64,000 nt of DNA from an uncultured Pseudomonadota bacterium (lineage in GTDB: Bacteria > Pseudomonadota > Gammaproteobacteria > Ga0077536): NCBI GenBank assembly GCA_902551695.1, contig CACDEI010000003.1:538-64537 (forward strand), given 5' to 3'. Shown here one piece after another: positions 55,535-64,000 of the stretch. Each line of letters begins with the position of its first letter. Position 1 is the first letter of the stretch. The notes under the pieces are model-generated. The model worked only from the letters and a program-made list of their open reading frames with translations, did not search any database and had not been told where the DNA came from. The position numbers and the translations under genes are program-made.

Positions 55535-55921
55535 ATGATCCTTTTTTTCGGTGGGGCGCTTGGCTTAGTATCTTTAGTTCTTGTAGCCTTTCTACATCAC
55601 AATTCGGCTGCTATTGATCCTATTGAAAACTTCAATGCTATCAAAATCGCTGTTAACTATGCCCAAATAAATGCAGTTTTAATTTCGGTGCTTGGATTAT
55701 TTATCTTATGGCCTAGACTGAAAGCGGCAAAAAGACTCCTATATTGGATAAGCGTGTTACTTGCTTTAGGCACGTTTTTATTTTGTCTTGGGGTTCTTGC
55801 ATCGAACTTTTCCCATATGCATATTTTATCTGCGTTCGCTCCTGTCGGTGGAGTGTTTATGATATTTTCGTGGTTTTTATTGATGATATTGGGATTACTG
55901 TCGTTTAGGAAACATTCATGA
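55535..55921 (+). CDS. Four-TM membrane protein
   Basis: 128 aa and hydrophobic throughout. It has a 4-nt overlap with the downstream SOUL gene. Confidence 0.5.
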   Translation: MILFFGGALGLVSLVLVAFLHHNSAAIDPIENFNAIKIAVNYAQINAVLISVLGLFILWPRLKAAKRLLYWISVLLALGTFLFCLGVLASNFSHMHILSAFAPVGGVFMIFSWFLLMILGLLSFRKHS

Positions 55922-56505
55922 GTTATCGATCCTGGATCGTTGTAGCTGTCCTGTTGTTAATCTTTGGTTTTAGTTTAGTAGGTCCCGTAATGAGTAAAGT
56001 AGAAGAGCCTGGTTATGTTATCGTGGCTTCCGATGCTAACATTGAAATTAGATATTATAATTCGATGATTCTGGCTGAAGTGATGGTAGATGGTGAACGT
56101 AAAGAGGCTATCAGAGATGGGTTTAGGGTAATTGCCGATTATATATTTGGAAATAATTCATCTTCGCAAAAGATTGCTATGACAGCGCCTGTGCAACAGC
56201 AGAAGGCTAAAGATGGATGGATAGTTAGTTTTGTCATGCCTTCTGAATACTCTCTAACCTCCTTACCAAAACCGTCTGGAGACAATCTTTGGGTTAGGGA
56301 GGTCCCCTCTGCTAAATACGTGGTGGTTAGATTTTCTGGAGCCAGTACACAAGCTAACTTAAAAAAACATGAAGCTGTGCTTTTAGATTATGTTAATGCT
56401 CACCGTTTAAAGGTTTTGGGATCTATTAAGTATGCTTTTTATAATCCACCTTGGACTTTGCCTTTCTTGAGGCGAAATGAGCTAATGCTTCAATTGGTTG
56501 AATAG
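55918..56505 (+). CDS. SOUL heme-binding family protein
   Basis: Pattern EEPGY...EIRYY..., IADYIFGNN, IAMTAPV, and a terminal YNPPWTLPFLRRNE. Confidence 0.8.
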   Translation: MSYRSWIVVAVLLLIFGFSLVGPVMSKVEEPGYVIVASDANIEIRYYNSMILAEVMVDGERKEAIRDGFRVIADYIFGNNSSSQKIAMTAPVQQQKAKDGWIVSFVMPSEYSLTSLPKPSGDNLWVREVPSAKYVVVRFSGASTQANLKKHEAVLLDYVNAHRLKVLGSIKYAFYNPPWTLPFLRRNELMLQLVE

Positions 56506-56527
56506 CAATGCTTTAGCATAGGCTACG

Positions 56528-57784
56528 CTATCCTTTTGATTGAAGTAAATTGAATAGTGACTCTTGAAATACGATATCTTTTCTTGCGGCTAGATCCTTA
56601 AGGACTTTATGAATCTGTGGGTCTTTTTCTAGGTTTATTATATCGTCCACTTCATGGGTTGTAAGATGGCAAGGAGTTATTTTGAGTAAATTGCTTAAGT
56701 AGATAGTATCCATGGAGCGTACTAAGACCCATTTATATTTGTCACTCCTGGCTATCCAACCGGCTTCAAGAAGGCCATTGAGTGATTCGAAAAAGACGTT
56801 ATTGCCGAAGTGCTTCAATATCTTTTTTAATTCCTGCTCGTTGATTGTTTCCCCTCTTATTAGATTTGAACTAAGAATACTTAGTAATTTTAATTGGCAA
56901 TATAGAAGCCTAAGCGCTTTGTTTGCCAAATCATCAGGGGGCCTATCGATATTGAAGTACTCTACGCATTTCGAAATTTCAGCTCCCACGAGAATTACTA
57001 ACCAAGAAACATAAACCCAAATAAAAAAAATAGGAATGACCGCGAAAGCGCCATATATAATTTGCTGGGAGGGGAAGACGGCTATGAAAAGCGTGAAACA
57101 GTACTTAGCAATTTCAAAGAAAATAGCAGCTACTAATCCGCCAATGATTGCATCGCGAAAAATAACGGGTCGATAGGGAACCAGAAAAAAAAGAAGAGAA
57201 AAAGCTGCAGTGGTCGACGCCAGGGGTAATATAGTTAAGACAACACCGCCACTTAGAGAATGTTGGGTCTCTGACAGTATAAGCGCTAGTAAATTTGAGG
57301 AAGCGAATATACCAAGCCCTAAAAATAAGGGGCCTAAAGTCAAAATTGCCCAATAAAGTAAAAATCGCATGGCCAAAGGACGCTTGTTTTGTATTTTCCA
57401 AATAAGATTAAAACTGCCCTCAATAGTTCCCATCAGCGACAAAGCTGTCACAATCAAGATCGTTAGGCCGGCAGCTCTTAAAGTGGTAGCGTTTTGAGAA
57501 AAAATATTTAAATAGTGTCTCAGTTGATCGCCAAGTTCAGGAATTAAGTTTTCAAAGATAAGGTCAGTTAGGCTTGTCTTCCATGCGTCGAAAGCTTGAA
57601 AGGAACTGAAGGTAAATTCCATCACCGTAAGGAGAGGTACTAAAGCTAGTAAGGAGGTGTAAGCAAGAGAAGCCGCCTTTTCCGCACATCTATCCTTGCG
57701 AAATTCCGCGTGTAGATGCCCAAAGAAATACTGCCACTTAGTTGCCTGTGAGGTCAAAAAAAGTCTTTTTTCCATGGCGTTCAT
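56528..57784 (-). CDS. YihY/BrkB-family inner membrane protein
   Basis: The ASLAYTSLLALVPLLTV motif, 6 TM segments and a C-terminal soluble extension. Confidence 0.85.
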   Translation of the reverse strand: MNAMEKRLFLTSQATKWQYFFGHLHAEFRKDRCAEKAASLAYTSLLALVPLLTVMEFTFSSFQAFDAWKTSLTDLIFENLIPELGDQLRHYLNIFSQNATTLRAAGLTILIVTALSLMGTIEGSFNLIWKIQNKRPLAMRFLLYWAILTLGPLFLGLGIFASSNLLALILSETQHSLSGGVVLTILPLASTTAAFSLLFFLVPYRPVIFRDAIIGGLVAAIFFEIAKYCFTLFIAVFPSQQIIYGAFAVIPIFFIWVYVSWLVILVGAEISKCVEYFNIDRPPDDLANKALRLLYCQLKLLSILSSNLIRGETINEQELKKILKHFGNNVFFESLNGLLEAGWIARSDKYKWVLVRSMDTIYLSNLLKITPCHLTTHEVDDIINLEKDPQIHKVLKDLAARKDIVFQESLFNLLQSKG

Positions 57785-57797
57785 ATGCGAACTCTTT

Positions 57798-58007
57798 TCA
57801 ATTATGAAAAAGACGATAGGAGAAATATATAAGGCACATGATAAAGGTGATGATGCCCCAAATTATTAGCCATCGTTGGGATCCCTTTAAACCTAAAAAG
57901 ATAAATATAATTCCTATGAGAAGAGTCAGAGCAACAGTCGTATCAACAATATTTTGAGACGCATGTTCTTTTTTTTCTAGATGTTGTTCCTCTATTCTAT
58001 AACGCAT
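57798..58007 (-). CDS. Small two-TM membrane protein
   Basis: 69 aa with two hydrophobic helices. It lies 13 nt upstream of the yihY-like gene. Confidence 0.4.
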   Translation of the reverse strand: MRYRIEEQHLEKKEHASQNIVDTTVALTLLIGIIFIFLGLKGSQRWLIIWGIITFIMCLIYFSYRLFHN

Positions 58008-58036
58008 GAGAATGCCAGTGTTTGGTTTAACTATGC

Positions 58037-58894
58037 CTACCTGTAGTTCAGTGCGGTTTCGCTTATCTCATTGCCACGGATTCTGGTGTGCATCATTAGG
58101 CGTTCTTTTGACGAATCGAAGGGTCTTGCTCTGTGTAGTAGGCATCTATTGTCCCATATCGCTATGTCACCCGGGGACCAAGAATGCTGCCAAACGAATT
58201 GACTTTTCACAATCTGGGCATTTAGAAATAGCAATAATTCTTCTGCCTCATCCTCGGGCATCCCTATTATGTTACAAGCGTGCCTTCCGACATATAACGC
58301 CGGCCTGTTAGTTTCAGGGTGAATTTTTACCAGTGGATAAATTGGAGGTTTCCCCTCGTAAAAACCGTATGCAGCCCCTACCTTAACTTGGTGCCCAATC
58401 TTTGCTTGAGAAACGAAGTAGTTGTGTGTTGCGTTGAGTGTGTCTATTTTTTCCTTAATATGTTTTTCCAAAGAGTCGTAGGCGGCTCTGGCATCTGCCC
58501 ATTCTGTTTGCCCACCAAAATCTGGGATTATCTTGGCAGATAGGACGGAGGCCTTGGAGGCTCGGGGCATGTAGGAGCTATCAGTGTGCCAAATTTCATT
58601 GCCTTTTAGTAATTTAATTTGCTCCTCTTCGTCGCTCATTATCCTTCCGTTAGAGGACCGGTTGCTCAAGGGAATAGTTTCCATATTGTCTACTAGATAT
58701 TCGATTTCTCCGAAAATTTTTGCAAATTCAACTTGTTCTTTGGAGCTCAAATTTTGTCCCGGAAAGATCAGTAATGCATATTTTAGAAAGGCTTCCTTTA
58801 TGTCGTCTAATAAGTCTGATGTTAGTTGGCTGAGGTGAATTCCGGACACTATCGCACCGAAGGTTACGTCTGTTGGTTGGATTTTAAATTTCAT
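58037..58894 (-). CDS. TauD/TfdA-family Fe(II)/2-oxoglutarate dioxygenase
   Basis: WHTDSSY (HxD) motif with a distal H and R (LLHRARPF). The ATG at 58894 has a GAGGGA Shine-Dalgarno. The ORF is open to 58930. Confidence 0.85.
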   Translation of the reverse strand: MKFKIQPTDVTFGAIVSGIHLSQLTSDLLDDIKEAFLKYALLIFPGQNLSSKEQVEFAKIFGEIEYLVDNMETIPLSNRSSNGRIMSDEEEQIKLLKGNEIWHTDSSYMPRASKASVLSAKIIPDFGGQTEWADARAAYDSLEKHIKEKIDTLNATHNYFVSQAKIGHQVKVGAAYGFYEGKPPIYPLVKIHPETNRPALYVGRHACNIIGMPEDEAEELLLFLNAQIVKSQFVWQHSWSPGDIAIWDNRCLLHRARPFDSSKERLMMHTRIRGNEISETALNYR

Positions 58895-59007
58895 GTGGGT
58901 AAGGTCCCTCGTATTAAAAATTAGATGCAACCTTTTGCTTGATTACACTAGGGGGGTCTTGCGTGATTTTTGAGCTAAGCTCTTAGCATAGACAAGCTTT
59001 GTCTAAC

Positions 59008-60216
59008 CTATTCTAATTTGTTACTTTTATCAACATGGTTCCTTCTTCGAGGCTTTATATCCAAAATAAACCATGCTGCTAAACCCAATAGGACAGCCAC
59101 AGTTCCGGTAATTAAATAAGGCATGTCGGCACCTAAATGCTCCAGCGTAAAACCAAACCAAAGATGAGAGATTACGGCTCCTAATCCCATAGTAGCGCCA
59201 AGTAAGGCCTGTCCTGTTACTCTAATTTTTTCTGGTACTTCGTTTTCAACAAATAATTGCATTCCGATTATCAATCCAGCCACGACAACTCCATGCAAAA
59301 GTTGGATTCCAAAAATAACGGGTAAACTTGAAGCTGTGGCGGTAATTAGCCAACGCAGACCATCGCAGGATATTCCAAATGCGATTAGGCCGCGCGCGCC
59401 AACACGACGCAAGCCAGATCCAGCAAAATAGATAAGTGGAATTTCTAGCAATAGCATGGGAATCCAAAGTCGGCTAATCGTCTCTACATCGCCTCCCTTT
59501 GCGACAACAAAAACCGGAAAAATGACGATTGGACCCGCAAGTAATCCGAAGGCTAGAAATGCAAGCCCCAAGAGTTTGAGATAAGGAGATAGTTTTAGTA
59601 ACTTTTGAAAGTCATCTTTTTTTGCCTTCAAGGAGATCGATTTTGAGGTCGGTATCCAAAAAAGAGCTAGTGCTGATAAAGCGCTCATGAATGCGGCTAC
59701 TGGGAAAATTAATTTTAAAATGCTCAGTTCTGACCCCTCTATTTCCGAGCCTGGTATCTGGAATATTATAGGAAATAGCACGATCATGATTAAGTAACCG
59801 ATTGTCCCCCATACCCTAATATGTCCGAACCGGTGAGATTGAGTCTTTCCAAGAATTGCAAATGATAAAGAAGTTGCCACCGACATAGCTGGTGCAGAAA
59901 AGAAGGCTAGGATGCACATAAAAAGCAGTAGAGTGGAAAAAATTTCGGCAGAAGATACCAAGAAATATCCTGCAGCTGAACCGATTGCCAAGATCAACAG
60001 GCATACTTTACGCTTGCCTGTTCTATCGGACCAAGTTCCCCAGATTGGCGCTGCGATGATTCCTATCAGTGGATGCATGGCTAGTGCTATTCCGAGTTGG
60101 GTACCGCTGAGCCCCAGGTTTTCCTGGAAATATAAACTTTGATAGGGAAATATTACCCCTAACCCAGCCATGTAAAGAAACCAAAAAAGGGAGATAGGGA
60201 GGAAACCAAGTGGCAT
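59008..60216 (-). CDS. MFS transporter
   Basis: 402 aa, 12 TM segments and a WGTWSDRTGKRK loop motif. Confidence 0.8.
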   Translation of the reverse strand: MPLGFLPISLFWFLYMAGLGVIFPYQSLYFQENLGLSGTQLGIALAMHPLIGIIAAPIWGTWSDRTGKRKVCLLILAIGSAAGYFLVSSAEIFSTLLLFMCILAFFSAPAMSVATSLSFAILGKTQSHRFGHIRVWGTIGYLIMIVLFPIIFQIPGSEIEGSELSILKLIFPVAAFMSALSALALFWIPTSKSISLKAKKDDFQKLLKLSPYLKLLGLAFLAFGLLAGPIVIFPVFVVAKGGDVETISRLWIPMLLLEIPLIYFAGSGLRRVGARGLIAFGISCDGLRWLITATASSLPVIFGIQLLHGVVVAGLIIGMQLFVENEVPEKIRVTGQALLGATMGLGAVISHLWFGFTLEHLGADMPYLITGTVAVLLGLAAWFILDIKPRRRNHVDKSNKLE

Positions 60217-60455
60217 GGATTAAGATTTTTAGCTAAGGCGACGGAGAGAAGGTAAATTAAAAGGCTGAATGAAAAGTGCGCTTATTCGCACTATTTTTGA
60301 TGTGCCCATTTAATGTGCCTTTCTGCTTAAAATGAATCGATTGTAACTGATGAGGTCGACGAAAGCAGCATAGATAATGATCCTGTACGTATACAAACGG
60401 TTTCAAGTTGTTGTCCGAGGTTCGGAACTATTGAATATCTTCTAGGGCGTGAAGC

Positions 60456-60794
60456 TTATTTTTCTAGGGCTTTGGCAATAGAACGTTGCTTTTCTGTTCC
60501 CCAATTAACTAAGCTTTTAATAATTGGCATTCCCGATTTCCCAAAAGTGGTGAGAGAGTATTCGACATGTGGAGGGACGACTTCAAAAACCTTTCTGCGA
60601 ACTAATCCGTCTCGTTCCATTTCCTTTAGTTGTTTGGATAGCATCTGTTGAGTTATTTCTCCGATTGCTCTACGCAGTTCTCCGAAGCGCATACTTCTAT
60701 CTGCTAATAGGTGCATAATCACGAGTTTCCATTTTCCACCAATCAGACTTAGCGTATTCATTACTGGACAATCTTTTTTTTGGGCCTCGACCAT
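60456..60794 (-). CDS. HxlR-family winged-helix transcriptional regulator
   Basis: CPVMNTLSLIGGKWKLVIMHLL plus a VPPHVEYSLT wing. It is divergent from the yqjG-pirin genes. Confidence 0.88.
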   Translation of the reverse strand: MVEAQKKDCPVMNTLSLIGGKWKLVIMHLLADRSMRFGELRRAIGEITQQMLSKQLKEMERDGLVRRKVFEVVPPHVEYSLTTFGKSGMPIIKSLVNWGTEKQRSIAKALEK

Positions 60795-60900
60795 AGTATG
60801 AAATTATATACTAGTGTGAAAAATAGGTGTACTTGAAAAGTTATATGCCTTGCTTTAGTTTAGCTCGTCAGTTTGATGAATTTGTATAAGGAGCAAGAAA

Positions 60901-61032
60901 ATGAGTGAAGATAGAAACTGTGGCTGTGGACGATCACCAACGGGACTGTGCATAGGATGGCATTCGCTGGGTGAGGACGAATATAAAAAGGCTTTGGAAG
61001 AATGGAAAGAACGGGAGAATCAAAAAGATTAA
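60901..61032 (+). CDS. 43-aa Cys/His small protein (unannotated small ORF)
   Basis: Manual translation gives MSEDRNCGCGRSPTGLCIGWHSLGEDEYKKALEEWKERENQKD*. A strong Shine-Dalgarno (AAGGAG) lies 7 nt upstream. The ORF ends 11 nt before yqjG. Confidence 0.5.
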   Translation: MSEDRNCGCGRSPTGLCIGWHSLGEDEYKKALEEWKERENQKD

Positions 61033-61043
61033 TGGAGTTTTAA

Positions 61044-62015
61044 ATGGGACTACTTGTTGATGGAGTTTGGAAAACTGATTGGTATGATACGAAAAGCACT
61101 GGGGGCGAATTCGTTAGAGGAGAGACTCAGTTCAGGAAATGGATCGGAGTGGATGCCGGCTTCGAGGCGGAGTCCGATAGATATCATCTCTATGTTTCTT
61201 TGGCTTGTCCCTGGGCGCATAGAGCATTGATATTTAGAAAGCTAAAGGGATTAGAGAATGTGATTAGTGTCTCCTTAGTGGCAGCAGAAATGTTGGAAAA
61301 CGGGTGGGAGATTGATGATCAACTTGGTCGTAAATTACAATATGATTCGAGTCCCATAGAAGGTATTAAGTATCTGCGAGAGGTATATACGGCGGCAAAA
61401 TCGGATTACTCTGGGAGAGTAACTGTCCCTATCTTGTGGGATAAGAAGCTGTCAAGGATAGTCAGTAACGAGTCATCAGACATAATTCGCATGTTGAATA
61501 GTGCTTTTGAGAAATATTCTTCTAATGGGTATGATTTTTTTCCTGAGCAAGATCGGGATGAAATAGAACGGATTAATGCAGAAATCTATAGCCAGGTAAA
61601 CAACGGTGTTTACAGGGCAGGTTTTGCAACATCTCAAGAGGCATATGAAAAAGCCTACCACGATATCTTTGATTGCCTAGATAGATTAGAAGTACTGCTA
61701 GGCACTAGAAGGTATTTGTTAGGGGAGCGGTTGTCTGAGGCAGATTGGAGATTGTTCACTACACTAATTAGGTTTGATGTGGTCTATTACTCGCATTTCA
61801 AGGCAAATAAGAAGCGGATCGAAGAATACTTCAACCTATCTAACTATGTTAGAGAGCTATATCAATATGAAGGTGTCTCAGAGACTGTCGATTTTGATCA
61901 GATAAAAAAACACTACTACTATAGCCATGAAACTATCAACCCAAGTCGAGTAATTCCTGTTGGTCCATTGGTCGATTTTGAGGTTCCACACAATAGAAAG
62001 GAAATCCTTCCCTAA
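61044..62015 (+). CDS. yqjG: Xi-class glutathione transferase (glutathionyl-hydroquinone reductase, YqjG type)
   Basis: The signature YHLYVSLACPWAHRALI (CPWA motif). 323 aa. Confidence 0.9.
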   Translation: MGLLVDGVWKTDWYDTKSTGGEFVRGETQFRKWIGVDAGFEAESDRYHLYVSLACPWAHRALIFRKLKGLENVISVSLVAAEMLENGWEIDDQLGRKLQYDSSPIEGIKYLREVYTAAKSDYSGRVTVPILWDKKLSRIVSNESSDIIRMLNSAFEKYSSNGYDFFPEQDRDEIERINAEIYSQVNNGVYRAGFATSQEAYEKAYHDIFDCLDRLEVLLGTRRYLLGERLSEADWRLFTTLIRFDVVYYSHFKANKKRIEEYFNLSNYVRELYQYEGVSETVDFDQIKKHYYYSHETINPSRVIPVGPLVDFEVPHNRKEILP

Positions 62016-62854
62016 TGCAGAGATCAATTGAAAGGATTCTGAAAAGTAAGATAGCCTCTGATGGAGCAGGAGTAAAAATAAATAGAAACATGGTGGGTGA
62101 GGACCTTACGTTTTTCGATCCTTTCTTAATGCTGGATGAAATTTACTCCGATGATCCAGATGACTATATTGGAGGTTTCCCCGAACATCCGCACAGAGGA
62201 TTTGAGACAGTGACCTATATGCTCGACGGGAAGATGCGTCATTCTGATCATCTTGGTAATGAAGGTACGTTAGAACCTGGTGGGATGCAATGGATGACCG
62301 CTGGTCGCGGAGTCCTGCATTCTGAAATGCCGGTGCAGGAGTCTGGGCTATTACACGGTTTTCAACTTTGGATCAATTTACCTGCTTCGGAAAAAATGCA
62401 AGAACCTAATTATCAAGATATTCCGCGAGACCTTATTCCGGTGATAAAAAATGGAGAAAACTTTTCGGTAAAAATATTAGCGGGTGATTTTTTATCAGAA
62501 GGCCAGAATGTAAGAGGTCCAGTATCTGGTATCAATGTGGAACCTGATATATTTGATGTACATATCAAGGCCCATACTTTAGAAATACCAACTAAAGTGG
62601 AAAAAAAGGTTCTAATCTATGTTTATGAGGGTTGTGTGGACGTAGCTGACCAGAATATTAAAAGTCAAGAAATGGGTATGCTTTCGAGTGGAGACTCCGT
62701 GGTGTTCACTTCCGAAGTAGGCTCTAAGTTTTTATTTTTATCTGCAATGCCCCTGAGAGAACCTATAGCATCATGGGGACCTTTTGTAATGAATACTTTT
62801 GATGAAGTAAGAGAAGCAATAGAGGATTTTAAAGGTGGTAGATTAATAGGATGA
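62015..62854 (+). CDS. Pirin-family protein
   Basis: The cupin metal site is FPEHPHRGFETVTY. 279 aa. The start overlaps the yqjG stop. Confidence 0.9.
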   Translation: MQRSIERILKSKIASDGAGVKINRNMVGEDLTFFDPFLMLDEIYSDDPDDYIGGFPEHPHRGFETVTYMLDGKMRHSDHLGNEGTLEPGGMQWMTAGRGVLHSEMPVQESGLLHGFQLWINLPASEKMQEPNYQDIPRDLIPVIKNGENFSVKILAGDFLSEGQNVRGPVSGINVEPDIFDVHIKAHTLEIPTKVEKKVLIYVYEGCVDVADQNIKSQEMGMLSSGDSVVFTSEVGSKFLFLSAMPLREPIASWGPFVMNTFDEVREAIEDFKGGRLIG

Positions 62855-63033
62855 ATTTCTTGGAAACTTCCCAGTAGATTTTTTCTCTCGACTATTTATT
62901 TTCAGTCAAGTATTTGTATATTAACCCTGCCAGGGGTGTTTTGAGCTATTCTCTTTGAACAAATAGATTAAATATGCTGGCCTAATGTTGAGTATTTGCT
63001 AGATTTAGATACTCTTTGAAATTAGGGGGGGTT

Positions 63034-64000
63034 ATGTTATCAATCAGATATTATGGGTGGCCAATGGCTGGCTTAGGCTTCCTTTTCTATGGTCTTGGGA
63101 TTGCTCCTGCGTATTATAGTTGGGGCTTTTTTGCACCGGAGATAATAGCTGATCTTGACCTCACGCGGCAGCAAGTAGGAGAGATATTTGGTGCATTTGC
63201 GTTGATGTTATCTTTAAGTAGCATGGTTTCATCTACGTTAATTAACCGATGGGGTGTCCGTGTGACGGTAACATTAGGAGCCGTGCTTGCGTCGCTTGGT
63301 TGGCTTCTTGTTAGTCAGGCGAATTCGGTATCCCAACTTTATATAAGCTATGCGCTTATCGGTGGTCTAGGTATCGGCCTATCTACTCTTATACCAGCGC
63401 AAACTTTGGCCGTATTTTGGTTTCGTCGTTATCGCGCGCGGGCTATAGCAATCATTTTTTTTGGGGCAGCCTTTTTTGGAGCCATCGTTACTCCCATAGA
63501 TGCTTACATTCTGATCGTTGCAGATTGGAGAGTGGCTTGGGTTTATATTTCCTTGGTTTCACTTCTAATCGCAATAGTTTGTGCGTTGTTTCTGCGCGAT
63601 AAACCTGAAGACGTTGGTCAACAATGTGACGGGGATTCAATACAGGACAAAAAGCTCTTTGAGCCTATTAAATCTGAAGGTAAAGTGAGGTCTATGACCG
63701 TAAGGCAAGCTATCTTTACCCCTCAGTTTTTTTTCGCTACCTTTGCTGATGTTGCAAATGCTGTTCCTTGGCGCATTATTACAGCGCACGGAAGGTTGCA
63801 TATGGAGAGCTTAGGTTTCGCCCCCTCATTAGCGGCAGCAATATTGGGCGTGAGGGTAGGGATGAGTGGCCTTGGTCGCTTGACCGGTTCTCTGGGAGAC
63901 TTTGTCTCACCTAGGTACATTATGGCGCTCGCGTTGCTATTTACTGCTAGTGGCGTCGGTGGATTTTGGTTCGCCAAGACAAGCTTTGTGGCGTATGTTT
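63034..64000 (+). CDS. MFS transporter (oxalate/formate-antiporter-like), C-terminus off the window
   Basis: Absent from the ORF track because it is open to the window edge. Manual translation from ATG 63034 (SD GGGGGG) gives MLSIRYYGWPMAGLGFLFYGLGIAPAYYSWGFFAPEI..., with multiple TM segments and no stops to 64000. Confidence 0.8.
   Translation, partial: MLSIRYYGWPMAGLGFLFYGLGIAPAYYSWGFFAPEIIADLDLTRQQVGEIFGAFALMLSLSSMVSSTLINRWGVRVTVTLGAVLASLGWLLVSQANSVSQLYISYALIGGLGIGLSTLIPAQTLAVFWFRRYRARAIAIIFFGAAFFGAIVTPIDAYILIVADWRVAWVYISLVSLLIAIVCALFLRDKPEDVGQQCDGDSIQDKKLFEPIKSEGKVRSMTVRQAIFTPQFFFATFADVANAVPWRIITAHGRLHMESLGFAPSLAAAILGVRVGMSGLGRLTGSLGDFVSPRYIMALALLFTASGVGGFWFAKTSFVAYV

Noticed and set aside
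60275-60292. A hairpin AGTGCG-CTTATT-CGCACT with flanking T/A runs lies between hxlR and the MFS gene and could be a terminator.
   Set aside because: The stem is only 6 bp with modest GC and sits about 165 nt from the hxlR stop. It is too weak to call without folding energies.
1-64000. I scanned for CRISPR arrays, tRNA/rRNA genes, IS elements, integrases, phage genes and long direct repeats marking a genomic island.
   Set aside because: I saw no regularly spaced repeats, no cloverleaf-like tRNA sequence in the intergenic regions I read, and no transposase or integrase-like ORF. The accessory-looking regions have no recognisable mobility signature. tRNAscan, Infernal and an exhaustive repeat search were not possible by eye.

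Overview
The window is a 64-kb chromosomal segment with low GC. Its synteny looks gammaproteobacterial: pilM divergent from ponA, priA-argS-SPOR, and thiS-thiG-trmB. It is densely coded, and I found no rRNA, tRNA, CRISPR array, transposase or integrase. Positions 1-11.5 kb hold housekeeping genes. Positions 11.5-33.7 kb form an accessory-looking stretch rich in C-N bond hydrolases. It contains an M20 amidohydrolase, an amidase-signature enzyme, CinA, a Co-type nitrile hydratase (beta-alpha-accessory), and two paralogous loci resembling the N,N-dimethylformamidase large subunit, each with homologous small partner ORFs. Positions 33.7-46.6 kb hold mixed redox and detoxification genes. These include an ApbE/FMN-bind/porin extracytosolic flavoprotein cluster, a frameshifted Prx5-type peroxiredoxin, and a pair of paralogous 74/75-aa membrane proteins. 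The strongest candidate for an undescribed system is the minus-strand operon at 46.7-54.9 kb. It encodes a MotA/ExbB-type proton channel and two paralogous proteins with an ExbD-like TM (conserved Asp), a coiled coil and a vWA domain with a complete MIDAS motif. It also encodes a TM protein with PEGA repeats and an FGE-sulfatase-like domain lacking the catalytic Cys pair, a helical-repeat membrane protein, a lipoprotein with a glycine-zipper tail, and an acidic Ser-rich secreted protein. Several junctions are ATGA start/stop overlaps. Reading outside the ORF track also gave a SelW-like selenoprotein gene with an in-frame TGA (CGVU motif) directly after cinA. It also gave pilM and an MFS gene truncated at the window edges, and two small ORFs. 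All calls come from by-eye motif recognition and manual translation. No database search was run.
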